64,000 nt of DNA. Origin: Squalus acanthias (lineage: Eukaryota). The stretch is from positions 21,888,001 to 21,952,000 of the forward strand of contig CM059432.1 in NCBI GenBank assembly GCA_030390025.1, read 5' to 3'. The position numbers and the translations under genes are program-made. A model generated the notes under the pieces. It saw only the letters and a program-made list of their open reading frames with translations. It was not told where the DNA came from and did no database searches. Positions 12,098-24,253 of the stretch are shown piece after piece (position 1 is the first letter of the stretch; every line of letters starts with the position of its first letter).

Positions 12098-13834
12098 GCC
12101 TCAGCCTTTCATTTCTTGATTCTGCTGGTGTCTGAATGTGGCAAGGCCATAATGAGTGTTTCCAAACCGAATGCTGCTCTACGCTTCAAAGAGGACTCCC
12201 TCCAAGCTCTTGTGGAGGGAGTAAGAGGGCGCAGGGAGATTCTGTTCCCTCCCGATAGCCAGAGGAAGCCTCCTCAGCAAACCAAGGCAGCCTGGCTGCA
12301 CATTACTGAGGAGGTCAGCGCAAGGTCCTTGTGTTCACCCAACTGGATCCAGTGCCGGTAATGTTTAATGATCTTCTGCGATCAGCAAAAGTGAGTATCA
12401 CATCACACTTACCTTCAATCTGCTTCCCTTCTCTTCTCATCACCAGCACTCTGCTTTGTAAGCCTGCTCCTCCACATCCCACCTTACCCTTACTTCCCTT
12501 GCACCCTAACCTATCCATCTCTCTCTCTGACCTGAATCACCTCACCATCCTGCTATGCAGCCCTCACACTCGCTCTCACTGTTATGCAATAACACCAACT
12601 AAGAACGCACAGGGAGCTAGCTTCCTCTTGGCACCTCACTCCATCTTTGTCTCCCTCTAACCTTCAATGTTATGGATTCTTCACAGTCACTCCATCACTC
12701 TTGCTGAAACTTCACTTGTGTCCCTCCTTGCAGGAAAAGATAGCCCACAATAAGAGGGAAAAAGCAAAGACAGGAGGAGGCACAACATCCCTCGCTACAT
12801 TGACAAGTGCTGAGGAGGCTGCACACGAGATCATTGGAGGTGGTGAGGAGCTGGAAGTGGGGATGGAGAGACGGGCACACTTGACGAAGCTGGTGACAAA
12901 ATAGAGTTTCATCCCTCTCATTTAGATTTCATGATTGACTGCAATGGCATATGATGTTCATCGAGATTCACTTTGTATCATCTGCAGAAAAGGATGTGTC
13001 TGCTACCTAAAATACAGATGTCTAACTCATGCCTTTACTCTCCCACAGGGCCATTGAGCACCCCCGTCCCCACTGTCCAGGAGGAAGAGCCGGATGACTC
13101 CTCAGAGGAACCTGCAGCCTCCGAGAGAGCAGAGTCACCATTACTCAGCACACCCAGCACCAGCGCAGATACGCACACCTTGGTGGGGCCTTCGCGACAC
13201 AGAGTAGTGTTGTCACCTGGTGTATTACAGCTCACAAGTGAGCGACAGCAGTGGAGAGTCCTCGTCGGAGGTCACAGGACTCTGCCAGCTGTGCTCAGCT
13301 GCATGCAGACACTTTTGCCAGGCCGAAGGAGGCGTGATTGGAGGCGTGTGAGGTGTTAAAATCGCAAAAAATGGCGGGCGGCTCTGATCCCGCTTCCATC
13401 CCGCCTCCGAGCAATTTTCCCACATTCGTGGTTTCAGACCCCGTTTCCATCCCGCCTCCAAGAGGCGGAATAGGCCCTTAAGGCCCTTAACAACCACTTA
13501 ATTGCCTCTATAATCCCATTTTGAGAGGCCTTTCTGATTTTAACACATTTCCCCCATCCTACACGCCTCCTCTGGAACACGGCAGTTAATCCTGGCGGCC
13601 TCATAAGTGCATTGCTTACTAACAGCTGCAGCTCCACCATTAAAAAGCAGTTTTCACCAATGATCACTTGCAGATGACAGAACTTTGTTGTCTCAGGTCT
13701 GGGGGAGCTATTAGCAGGCATACTCATTGTTGTGGAAGTTTGGAGCCTGACACCCATCTCCAGTGTGACCTTCTGGGAAACCCCTCTCCCCAACTTGACT
13801 GAGCGCTTCCTCAACTGAGGCATATGCCAGAAGC

Positions 13835-14062
13835 ATGGCGACCATTTGTTTCCTTTCCTCCTGGACATCAGATTCCGTACGAAGACCAGCCGTGGCGGCA
13901 GCAGAACCATGAACAACAGCACCACCAACAGCAGCAGCAACAACAGGAGCGCCAAGCTGCTGCTCACCCACCTGAAGCTTCACAGGCCAGAAGGCGCCAG
14001 CGCGTGGCCACAGTGCTGCCCGGGATGCAAGGGACACCCTCATGTTGGCCAGATTTGCTTAG
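13835..14062 (+). pseudogene. Harbinger transposase reduced to N-terminal Q-rich leader plus last ~18 codons
   Basis: MATICFLSSWTSD... matches the start of 18800(-), and ...RDTLMLARFA* matches the end of 17572(-). No DDE domain between them. Confidence 0.85.
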
Positions 14063-14320
14063 CCTGCACAATCAAACACTTTTGCCTCGCACCTTCTTAT
14101 CAGAGCATCGACAATGGACAAGAACCTGTGGATTCCTATCACTCTGACCACCATACTGACAATTGCAAGTCGCTCTAAGCCCTCAATGTGGAAGTTCCAC
14201 TTGCAAAATGACACAGGCCACAACTTCAACAGTTTGCCATCAGAAATTTTTATCACAACAAGCAACTGATGGCATTTCAAAAATAAACACAACATAACAC
14301 CCAAGTGACTACCCTTGTGA

Positions 14321-16262
14321 CTACTTGTGCATTATCTTCCTCTTATGCGTGCTCCTACGTGGTGCTTCCCCTATGGCTTCAGCAGATGTGGAGGCCCCTT
14401 GCTCACTTTCTTGCTGCTCCTGTCTCGACACCTTTGGCGGCCGTCCTCTGGGGTTGCGAACCTGTGGGGGCTCGGCAACAGTCTGCTGCTCCTGCGGCTG
14501 TGAAGGGGATGAGGAGCCTATCTCAGTTGGGTGAGGACTCTGGTGGGGCTCTGACCGAGGGCTTTGCAGTGGCATGGTCATGTGAGCGCTTGGAGAGGAG
14601 CCTCCACTTCCTTGTTGTCTGCCACCAACATCCCTCTCATGGGTCAGCCCCACTTCAGAGCTAGCAAGTGTCTTGACAGCACCTTGCTGCACTTCAGGGG
14701 GGCCATGAGGACCCGTTTCTGCACTGGAAGTCCTACTCCAGTGAACTTCCATGAAGGTCTGGTTTCTATGCACAATAGCTGACCATCGCTCCTCAAGAGA
14801 TGCCAGTCTATTCTGAACAATGACCATGTTTTCAACATTCTGGCGACTTAGCTCCTCCATGGCCGTAGCCATCCTCTACACTACCATAGCCATCCTTTCC
14901 ACGGAGGTTGCCATCCTTTCCGTGGTGATGCGTTCATGCGCCAATGCCTCCACAAAGGCTCTGCTCATGTTTGCGATGGACTCCTCCATTCGCTCCACAC
15001 TCGCAGCGACCCTGGATACAAAACCTGCCGGAGACTCCTGCACCTGTTCCTGGGGTTCCAGCACCGCTCTCCTTCTGGATGGACCCGGAGGCACAGGGTC
15101 AACATGCAGCTGAGCCGAGCTGGCAGAGTCCTGCGCCCTCCGACGAGGACTCTCCACTGCTGTCCCTCTCTCCACCATCTGCTGATGCTCACTTGTGATC
15201 TGTGATACACCAGGTGACAACACTACTCTATCTCGCGAAGGTCCCAATGAGGTGTGAGTGTCTGCGCTGGTGCTGGGTGCGCTGAATTCTGCTGAGGCTG
15301 CGCCCTCAGAGGTTACAGCTTCCTCTGAGGAGCCTTGAGGCTCAGGCTGTTCCCCCTGGACAGTGGGGACGGGGGCTCTCGATGGTCCTGGGGGGGAGTA
15401 AAGGAAAGAGTTAGAGATGTGAGGTCAAGGTTACATGCACATTGAATTGTACAGATAATCATAAGTCAATCTGTTAAAGCATCAGAATCATTATCAGTGA
15501 CTCATGCAATGTCAATGAGAGAGATGCCAAACTATTCTGTCACCAGCTTGCTGTGATGCGCCCGTCTGTCCGTCTCACACTTGGGAATCGTCCTCGACAC
15601 CGGCAATTTCCAGGGCCGCCTCCTCCCAGGTGGTGAGCTGGGCTACTGAGGGTGGCCCTCCTCCTGTCCTCACTCTTTCCCTCTTATTGTGTGCTCTCTT
15701 TTCCTGCAATGAGGGACACAAGTGGAGCTGGAGTGAGAATGAAGGAGTGAGTGTAGAGAATCCATAGCATAGATGCTTAGAAGGAGACAAAGGACCCTCC
15801 CTGTGTGTTGTAAGTTGTTGTCATTGCATCACAGTGATAGGGAGTGTGAGGGCTTCATGGTCGAATAGTTAAGTGAATGTGACCATAGAGAGAGAGGGAA
15901 TGGGTAAGGGTGCAGGGATGTAAGTGTCAAGTGGGATGTGGAGGAAGAGGTTGGCAAAGCAGAGTGCTGGTGAGGAGAGGCGATGGGGATCAGATTGAGG
16001 ATGATGGGAAGGTCATACTCACTTTTCCTGTGCGGAGAAGGTCATGAAACCTCTTCCTGCACTGCAGCCAGGTTCTGCGGCTCATAGAGATGGAGTTGAC
16101 CCCCTGCGCCACTTGCAGCCACACAGCTTTAGTCTGCTGGGGTGGCTTTTTTCTCCCTGAGGAAGGGAAGAGCACCTCCTTATTGGATCTTGCTCTCTCC
16201 ACCAGAGCTTGGAGGGAGGCCTCATCGAAGCGTGGAGCACACTTTGGCCTACTAGTGTACAT
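14321..16262 (-). pseudogene. Harbinger Myb/SANT-like gene, 3 exons (16262-16023, 15703-15544, 15387-14321), ~488 codons, two premature stops
   Basis: GT-AG introns of phase 0 and 1 give one frame. Stops at 15575 (TGA) and 14876 (TAG); no frameshift seen. Confidence 0.9.
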
Positions 16263-17571
16263 AGTGGATGAATGAAGGGCTTACAACAATGGTCATAAAG
16301 TTTCCAGTCTCCAGAAGAAGCAAGGCTGCTTGCAGGCCTTAAATCCAGCAGCATTGATGACGTCATCAGAGGCGACTTTCTGTATGAAAAGACTCATTGG
16401 GCCAGGGGTTTCCACACGCTGGAAATCAATTGCCCAATTAGGGGAAAATTGCACTTTTTTCCCACTTCACATCAGAGTCGGGGTCCTGACAGGAAAACCA
16501 CCTGACACGCCCCAGCCCGCCCCAATGGCAAAATCGAGCCCTGTGCCTCAGGGGCCATCCAGAAAGAGAGCGGTGCTGGACATCCAGGAACAAGTGCAGA
16601 AGTCTCCGACAGGGTTTGCATCCATGGTAACTGTGAGTATGCAGAGAATGGAGGATTCCATATCTAACATCAGCACTGTCTTTGTGGAGGCAATGGCGGA
16701 TGAACGTTCCGCCATGGAGAGGGTGGCAACCACCATGGAGGACATAAGTCGCCAGACTAATGAAAACATGGTGACTCTTCAAAATAGATTGTCTGCTATT
16801 GAGGAGAGATGGGCATCTATTGAGGAGAGACACCAGAGCTTCATGGACGTCCTTGTTATGAGGACTGACAGTACAGATACGGGTCCTCATGGCCCCACTG
16901 ATGTGCAGTAAGATGCTCTCCAGCCACTTGCTAGCACTAAAGTGTGGCTGACCCATGAGAGGGATGTTGGTGGCAGGCAACAAGGAAGTGTGGGCTCCTC
17001 TCCAAGCGTTCACATGACCATGCCACTGTGGAGCCCTCGGTCAGAGACCCACATTCCACACCCAACTGAAATGGCTGTTTCAGCCCCTGCACAGCCACAG
17101 GAAGAGCAGACTGTTGCAGAGCCCTCCCAGGCTCCCAAACCCAGAGGACACCCACCAAAGGTGCCTAAGCAGGCACAGCAGCAAAGTGAGCAAGGTGCCT
17201 CTACATCTGCTGAAGCCACAGAGGAAGAACCACGTAGAAGCATGCGTAAGAGGAAGATAAAGCACAAATAGTCATAAGGGGAGTCACTTGGGTGTTTTGT
17301 TCTGTTGTCTTTTGTTCTGTTTAATCTATGCCATTGTCATCCTTTTGTGAATGTATTAAACAAAAGTGATGGCAAACAGTTGAAGTTCTGGCCTATGTGT
17401 TCTGAGAAATGGAAGTTGCACATTGAGGGCTCAGGGCGACTTGCATTTGTAATGATGATGGTGAAAGTGATAGGAAAGCACCGTCTATTGCAGAGATGAT
17501 GTATGGTGTTTTAGAATGGTCGTCCACACATTCATAGCCATATGCTAGCCACCTGTGGTTGAAGACTAAGC

Positions 17572-18800
17572 TTACGCGAATCTGGCATGGATGAGTGCAT
17601 CCCTTGTGTGATGGCCAACAATGAGCTCGAGGGCTGCTGCATTGGTCACATCTGGACCCGCAAAGGGCGCCTCCTCCGCGTCCTCCTCCTCTTCTTCCGA
17701 GGATGCTCTGCGCTGAGCCACTTGTTCCTCAGGGAGTGCGAAGCCATGCTGCTGTGCGATGTTGTGCAGGGCACAGTAAATGATGATCATTCTGGACACC
17801 GTGGCTGGTGCATACTGCAGGGCTCCACCAGATCAGTCGAGGTATCCAAATCGCTTTTTGAGAAACCCGATGGTTTGCTCTATGATGCTTCTGGTGGAAA
17901 TGTGGCTCACATTGTACCGCTCCTCAGCCTCGTTTGATGGCCTCCTCATCGGTGTCATGAGCCACTTTTTCAGGGGATAACCCTTGTCGCCAAGTAGCCA
18001 TCCAGAAGTTGGGTTGGCGGATTGAAGAGCTGAGGCACAGTAGACTGCCAGAGGATGAAAGATTCATGGCAACTACCAGGATACTTGGCGCAAACATGCT
18101 TGATGATGTTCCTGTGGTTACACACCAGCTGGACGTGAAGCGAGTGGAAGCCCTTGCAGCTGACAAATACAGCTGGGTTGTGATGGGGTGCCCTAATGGC
18201 CACATGTATGCAGTCTACGATGCCTTGCACCCTTGGGAAGCCTGCCACATTTGCAAAGCCAACCGCACGCGCGGTTACACTTGCTTCATCCATGGAGAAG
18301 TAGATGTAATTGTGCGCCTTTGCAAAGAGGGCATCGGTGACCTGCGGGATGCACGCATGTACGGCCGACTGGGAGATGCCGCTGATGTCTGCAGATGATC
18401 CCTGGAAGGAGCCCGAAGCAAAGAAGTTGAGTGCGGTGGTGACTTTGACAGCCACTGGTAAGGAGTGTCCACATGCTCCTCTGGGCTCCAGGTGTTGGTG
18501 CAGCATTGTGCAGATGTCAGCGACTACCTCTCACGGAAGTCTCAGCCTCCTTTGACACTGCTGCTCAGTCATGTTGAGGAAGCTCATCCTCTGCCTGTAA
18601 ACCTGCCTGTTGGGGGTATCTCCTGCGGCGAGGTGCAGGCCTGCGCTGATGACCCTCTGCCCTGTACAGCAACAGGAGGCTGAGGAGAAGGTTGGCGCTC
18701 CTGCTGTTGGTGCTGCTGCTGTGCCTGGTTGCGCTGATGCCGCAGGCTGCTGTTCCTCCGAATCTGACGACCAGGATGAGAGGATATAAATGGTTCCCAT
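17572..18800 (-). pseudogene. PIF/Harbinger DDE transposase, frameshifted
   Basis: [66 protein letters not shown], acidic tail, ARFA*. Confidence 0.93.
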
Positions 18801-19464
18801 ACCGCTGGTATATATCTCAGTGGAGGAATGGAGGTTGTGTGCGCTCAGACAAAGTGGTCAGAGGGTCTTCACACATCAGATGGATTTCAGACTCAGCACT
18901 CTCAAGATTAGTTGAGCTGCAAAATGTCTCCCAAACCTCAAGTGGCATGTGAAAGAATGAGAGATTGCAGGACCACTTTTTAGCTGCTCGAGCAGCTGGC
19001 AACAATTCAGGTCCTAGCTCAACCCAGCTCGATTCACCTGACGTGTTTTTAAGAAGGCATGTTGAAAAACCTCCAAAATCAGATCAGCCCTTTAAAATAG
19101 GATCATCTCGGCAGTTAACGACCTGTTAACTGCCTTAACAATCTGTTCCGCTGTTTGGTGTCGGGCCAGTTTGGGAGTGGCTGACCCGACACTTCCCAAA
19201 GTCGTGTGAAAGGGGGACACTTCCCAAAGTCGGGTTTGCAGCCCACCCCAAATTTCTACGATTTTCGCAACAGACCCGCCTCCAAAGCCGCCCCCTCAGC
19301 ACAATTACATTTGCGGCCATATTTAGCTATGAGGCTGAGAAAGAGAGACCTTGAGAAGCAGGAAAAAGGCAAGGGGGAACTGAGACTGATATCTTAATGT
19401 CACAAGCCCAGGAGAAGGAATCCAATAGCACAACATTTAAAGATGGATTTTAGTGGTAGATTTT

Positions 19465-19582
19465 CCAGATTGGCACAGATGTGCGACTTGGGAGTGAGAC
19501 TAATTGGACAGCTCTTTCAAAGAGCCGGCACAGGCACGATGGGCTGAATGGCCTCCTTCTGTGATGTAAGATTCTATCATTC
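19465..19582 (+). mobile_element. CR1 3' end fragment
   Basis: ggagtgagactaattggacagctctttcaaagagccggcacaggcacgatgggctgaatggcctcc...ttctat. Confidence 0.7.
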
Positions 19583-20879
19583 GAGCCGTCTCTCTGTTGA
19601 GTCAGTTTCTCACATCCTTTGACAGGTTGGTGTGTCAGGGTCTGTAGGTGGTTGCATAATGTAGAACCCAGCTCAATCCTGATTTTAAAATTATAATATT
19701 GAAATGACGCCCCGGCTCCTTTTTGGCAAGACCTGGAGGCAGTCTGAATTGCCGGTGGAAAAATCGACCTTGGTGGCAAAGGGACGCAGATTTCAATCAC
19801 TCCCTGTTGGGCAAAAGTCAGCTTGATAGATCAAGAAAGATCAAATTAAATTTATGCCATTTTCGTTGGACTTGCATTCATCCTAATGCCAAGAATGTAT
19901 ACAAATTACGTAAGAGCAAAATCTGAGGGCTCTCATTATAGGCCAGTTTCCACTGTCTACTCAAGGGAGAGACAGGTGGCTCTTTCATTGTGATAGATAA
20001 TTGGTGTTCCACTGTATTCATTCTAGGCCCTGATGTAATCCTTCGGAAGAGGTCAAGCCTGTGCACACAGTGATTAATTATTTTAACTATTATTCCTGAG
20101 GGGCAAAAAATACTTCAAAGCAATCCAATAGCTAGACCTGTAATGAACTGAGGATGAGAATTTAAAAAAAAATCACCTCACAGCATTATCCATTGGTGCT
20201 TTAAGATTGGTTCTTAGCTTGCTGCTGATGGAGCTTTTTGTGCGAAAATACAAAAAGCCGTTGTGTTTCAGATTAATCGAAGGATCTGCCCAGGTTACAA
20301 AATCTCAAATTGATGTGAATCCATTTGAAGTGCAATGAATTTGTTCCACTTTACCTTCTGCCGTTCAGTGCTAAATATTTCCCTAGGCATTAGCAAAACT
20401 GTCAAAAAATATTGTGGCATGCCCAGCTTCTAGCACGTGTACCTTGATCCGTCTCACTTATCTCTTATCATTGCCTCAAATATAACAATGCCAAGTGCAT
20501 TGTTTTTTTAACAGCATTCTCAGAAAAGATTATAAACTGATGGACAATCTCAGGGCTAACTCTGAAGACAAAAAGGAACTGGTTTTCTGAATTACTCCGA
20601 TTCAATTATTCGGATGAAAATTGTCTTATACATAAAAGGAGGGTAATTAATGATTTCACTTTTCAATTTTTTTTTGGTGAGTTTTGTGCTCATTAAGGTG
20701 AAGGTTGTTATTGCTGAGGAATGGATATCCTTTGCATTAGTGTTATCAAGTACTCTCAAGCCAGGAAAAGCATGACAAAATGCAAAATAAAGTTTATTGC
20801 ATTGTGCCCAGCATTTGGCATGAAGTCCAAAGCATGTCACACAGTATGGTGATGTCCACTTATTGGTGTTTGTGAGATT

Positions 20880-21240
20880 ACATAAGAACGTAAGAAATAG
20901 GAGCAGGAGTAGGCTATTCAGCCCTTCCAGCCTGCTCAGCAATTCAATAAGATCATGGCTGATCTTTTACCTCAACTCCACCTTCCCGCACTATCCCCAT
21001 ATCCCTTGGTTCCCTTAGTATCCAAAAATCTCTTGATCTCCATCTTGAATATGCTCAATGACTGAGCGTCCACAGCCCTCTGGGGTAGAGAATTCCAAAG
21101 ATTCACAACCCTTTGTGTGAAGAAACTTTTCCTCATCTCAGTCCTAAATGGCCAACCCCATATTCTGAGACTGTGACCCTTAGTTCTGGACTCCCCAGAC
21201 AGAGGAAGCATCATCCCAGCATCTACCCTTTCAGGGTTCT
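20880..21240 (-). mobile_element. CR1 3' end (RT C-terminus plus 3'UTR)
   Basis: ORF ...GESRTKGHSLRI...FFTQRVVNLWNSLP... and an AAGAAC tail. Confidence 0.9.
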
Positions 21241-21329
21241 CATGCAACACTTTGCAACTCATGCAGTCAGTCTGACATATGGCCACCATGATGGCCGTTG
21301 CATCTGAGCCCTCCTGTAGGAGTCTGAGA

Positions 21330-21690
21330 CAACAAGAATAACTTATATTTATGTAGTAAAACGTCTAAAGGCGTTTCACAGGAGTGTTATCAAAGAAAAA
21401 ATTGACACCAAGCCACATAAGGAGGTATTAGGACTGGAAAGAGGTAGGTTTTAAGCTGTGTATTAATGGAGGAAAGAGAGGTAGAGAGGCGGAGAGGTTT
21501 AGGGAGAGAATTCCAGAGCTTCAGGCCTGACAGCAGAAGGTACGACCAATGATGTGATGAAGGAAGTCGAGATACGCGAGAGGCCAGAATTGGAGGGACG
21601 CAAAGCCCTCGGAGGGTTATAGGGATGGAGGTGGTTACAGAGCTAGGGAGGGGCAAGGCCATGGAAGGATTTAAACATTTGAGAAACTGA
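21330..21690 (-). mobile_element. L2 LINE 3' fragment
   Basis: FKSFHGLAPP / LKLWNSLP...LKTYLF motifs, homologous to 35240-35540. Confidence 0.8.
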
Positions 21691-21934
21691 ATGAGACAAA
21701 CATTCAAACTCCAGGGAAAAACAAACGTCGAAGTGTTCAGCAGAAATGAAACCCCTATGATTTTGTGAGTGAATCCTCATCCTGATTCTCTTCACAGATG
21801 TTTTCTTTTCAAGATGTATTACATAAATCTTCATCTGAACATAGTTCAGCTGCTTTGAAATCTCATGATGTTTCCAAGGCTATAAATGAAAAAAATTGTT
21901 TGAAAATTAATGATAAATATTAAGTATCATCATT

Positions 21935-22077
21935 AAGGCTAAGGGGATCAAGGGACATGGGGAGAAAGTAGGGACAGGGTACTGAATTTGGATGATCAGC
22001 CATGATCGCATTGAATGGCGGAGCAGGCTCAAGGGGCCGAATGGCCTACTCCTGCTCCTATCTTCTATGTTTCTATG
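21935..22077 (+). mobile_element. CR1 3' end
   Basis: gatcagccatgatcgcattgaatggcggagcaggctcaaggggccgaatggcctactcctgctcc plus (TTCTATG)n tail. Confidence 0.85.
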
Positions 22078-22433
22078 GGGGAAAAATTAGGTCGCGCCCC
22101 GTTTGGGGCGCAAATATCGTCTGGACGCAAAAATTAGCGCCTGGCGCTAATTATCGCCACTGACTGGAAACTTCACTTTTACCGCCCCGAGAGGTGAGTG
22201 GAGCGCTAAATCAGGCGCTGCACACCTGTCTTAAGGCGCAAAGGCCGAGCAGTGAGGCGCTAACTCAGCGCGCGAGCGCAGCACAGGTGCTGCCAGTTAG
22301 CGAGGGAACACAGACACACTGGCGCCGGCCAGTTCTTAAAGGGGGGGGCCAACTTGCTCCCCAGCCACACCCTGCTCATTGCAGCCTTGAATCTCGGCCT
22401 GGAGAGACCTGTGAATCCATTTTGCTGCCAAGG

Positions 22434-24253
22434 ATGGAGAGGGTGAGAGAACGAGCTCAGTGCTTCACCGAGCGGGCCTTGGATGCTCTGGTTGGCGCGG
22501 TGGAGCGCAGAAGATCTATACTCTTCCCTGAGAGTGGCAGGAGGCCTTTGCCACGCGAGTACCGAAGACTGTGGAGGGAGGTGGCTCAGAGCGTCTCCTC
22601 CAGGAGCATGGTGCCCAGGACCCATGTTCAATGCCGCAAAAAGTTCAACGACCTCACTCGGGTCGTCAGGGTGAGTGGCTTTTTCTCAATACCTCTCCAT
22701 CCCTCCATCTCAACCTCACTCTATGGCCAGAGGGTCTTAAAACCCCAATGCACAACACTCATCCAACACCTATGGCCCTTTCATGAAACACACACACACA
22801 TTCCACACTTTGCATACAGTAAGGGCTATTCACCTATGGGAGGCACATCAGGCAAGACCATGGCTGCATACAGTAAGGGCTATTCACCTATGGGAGGCAC
22901 ATCAGGCAAGACCATGGCTGTATATTTACTCAGATGCTGTCCTTTTTCTTGCAGGCCAAGCTGGCGCATAATAGGAGACAGCAGCAACGGACAGGTGGAG
23001 GGCGGCCTCAGCTGCAACCCCTCAGCGATCTTGAGGAGCGCGTCCACAGGATTGTGGCAAGCCGGGTGATCGGTCCCGTCGCCACTGGAGACGCCGACCC
23101 CGTTCTGGACAGCAATGGTAAGGTCATCACCTTTTTGTCCTCTGTCCTTCCACTTGTCCCTCACAACACCAGCCTTTGACACTTTCAATCCAACTTGCTA
23201 ACTCGCTGCACTTATTCCTCCCTTACTGCCACCCTGTCCTCACGCTAAAGCCACTCTTGTATCTCCCTGCTTTCAGATGGTGATTCACCAGCTGAGGAGA
23301 CGGGCCCTGAAGCTGCCAGTGGGAGTGAAGCTGCAGGCGAGGAGGAAGAGGAAGCTGGAGCATCAGTGCCACCCTCTCCCGAGGAAGCCCATGCCCACAC
23401 TGGGAACACGCCTTCCCTGGAGGGGAGCAGGGCGGAAGAGTCTGATGAGGGTTAAGCTCCAGGACCCAGCGGGCTGCAGCAACGCCATGGGGGTAGGGAA
23501 GAACGGGGGCCTTCTCCCCAGAGGGAGAGTATGCCAGCGACTCCTACTGCAATGGACGCAGAGGAGGAGCGGCTGATCGCAGAAATGAACACCCAGGCAG
23601 TGGGCATGCACACTGAGCTCATGGGTGCAGTGGGAAGGGTGCCCGAATGCACTGAGTCACTGGCAAGGAGTGTGGAGCACTTTGCTGTAGCACAGGCGGA
23701 TGCCACACTAAAGCTTAGTGCTGCAATTCAGTCACTGACTGCCGTGATCCCATCTCTGACTGCTCTCATGCAGACTCAGATTGAGGCCACGCGAGCACTG
23801 TCTGCTGCCAACCTCGATGGTTCATTCACATGTCCCCGGGGCTCTCACTGCGCCGCAGCAGGCCAGCAATCTGTGCTCCAGCAGATTGCTCCGGATGCTG
23901 AAGTGCTGCCCCGTGGGAGTGCCAGTGTGTCGGTCGAGCAGGGAGTTGCTGTCCTCTCTCACGATGACAGCATTCCTGCTGCCAACACTGTCACTTCTCC
24001 ACTGCACTTGCCACCGCCTGTAGGACAGACTGCTGCCGCCCATGCAGAGTTGGTGCAGTCTGCAGCCGGGCCCTCCAGGCCCAGAACTGGTCGAGGCCGT
24101 CCTTCAGGGGCATCTGCAGTGTCAGGGTCTGACAATCAGCAGCCTTCCACCAGCCTTGCTGCAGCCACTGAGGTCCCATTACGGAGGAGCAGTAGGGTTA
24201 GAAGGGGGGAAGTGCGCAAGGGAAGGAGATCACCCTCGAAGGGCAAAAAGTAG
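22434..24253 (+). pseudogene. Harbinger Myb/SANT-like gene, 3 exons (22434-22670, 22955-23117, 23277-24253), ~458 codons, one premature TAA at 23453
   Basis: F.E..LD.LV..VE.RR..LFP...W.EVA..V.......QCRKKFNDL. Canonical gtgagt/ttgcag and gtaagg/tttcag sites join in frame. Confidence 0.92.
22811..22918. repeat. Perfect 2 x 54-bp tandem duplication in Myb intron 1
   Basis: tgcatacagtaagggctattcacctatgggaggcacatcaggcaagaccatggc at 22811 and 22865. Confidence 0.97.

Larger units (their letters stand above)
13313..16541. mobile_element. Non-autonomous Harbinger: full Myb gene, internally deleted transposase
   Basis: Right TIR TGGCAAAATCGAGCCC, left TIR eroded to TTTTGCCA. Collinear with 41956-47089. 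Confidence 0.9.
12152..17271 (+). pseudogene. Harbinger Myb/SANT-like DNA-binding gene (exons ~12152-12390, 12733-~12891, ~13049-13312 + 16542-17271)
   Basis: RF.EDSL.ALVE.V..R.E.LFP....KPP.QTK.AW..I.EEV...W.QCR*.FNDL, then gtgagt donor; ttgcag|EKIAHNKRE..KTGGG. Contains stops and an insertion. Confidence 0.88.
12098..19318. mobile_element. Degraded two-gene PIF/Harbinger element, interrupted by a related element at 13313-16541
   Basis: Myb gene (+) converges on a transposase (-). Myb exon 3 resumes at 16542. The left terminus is missing and the right end is approximate. Confidence 0.85.

Noticed and set aside
22194..23069. 291-aa ORF as a single-exon gene
   Set aside because: Myb exon 1 reading through 5'UTR and intron 1; the spliced model fits the paralogs better.
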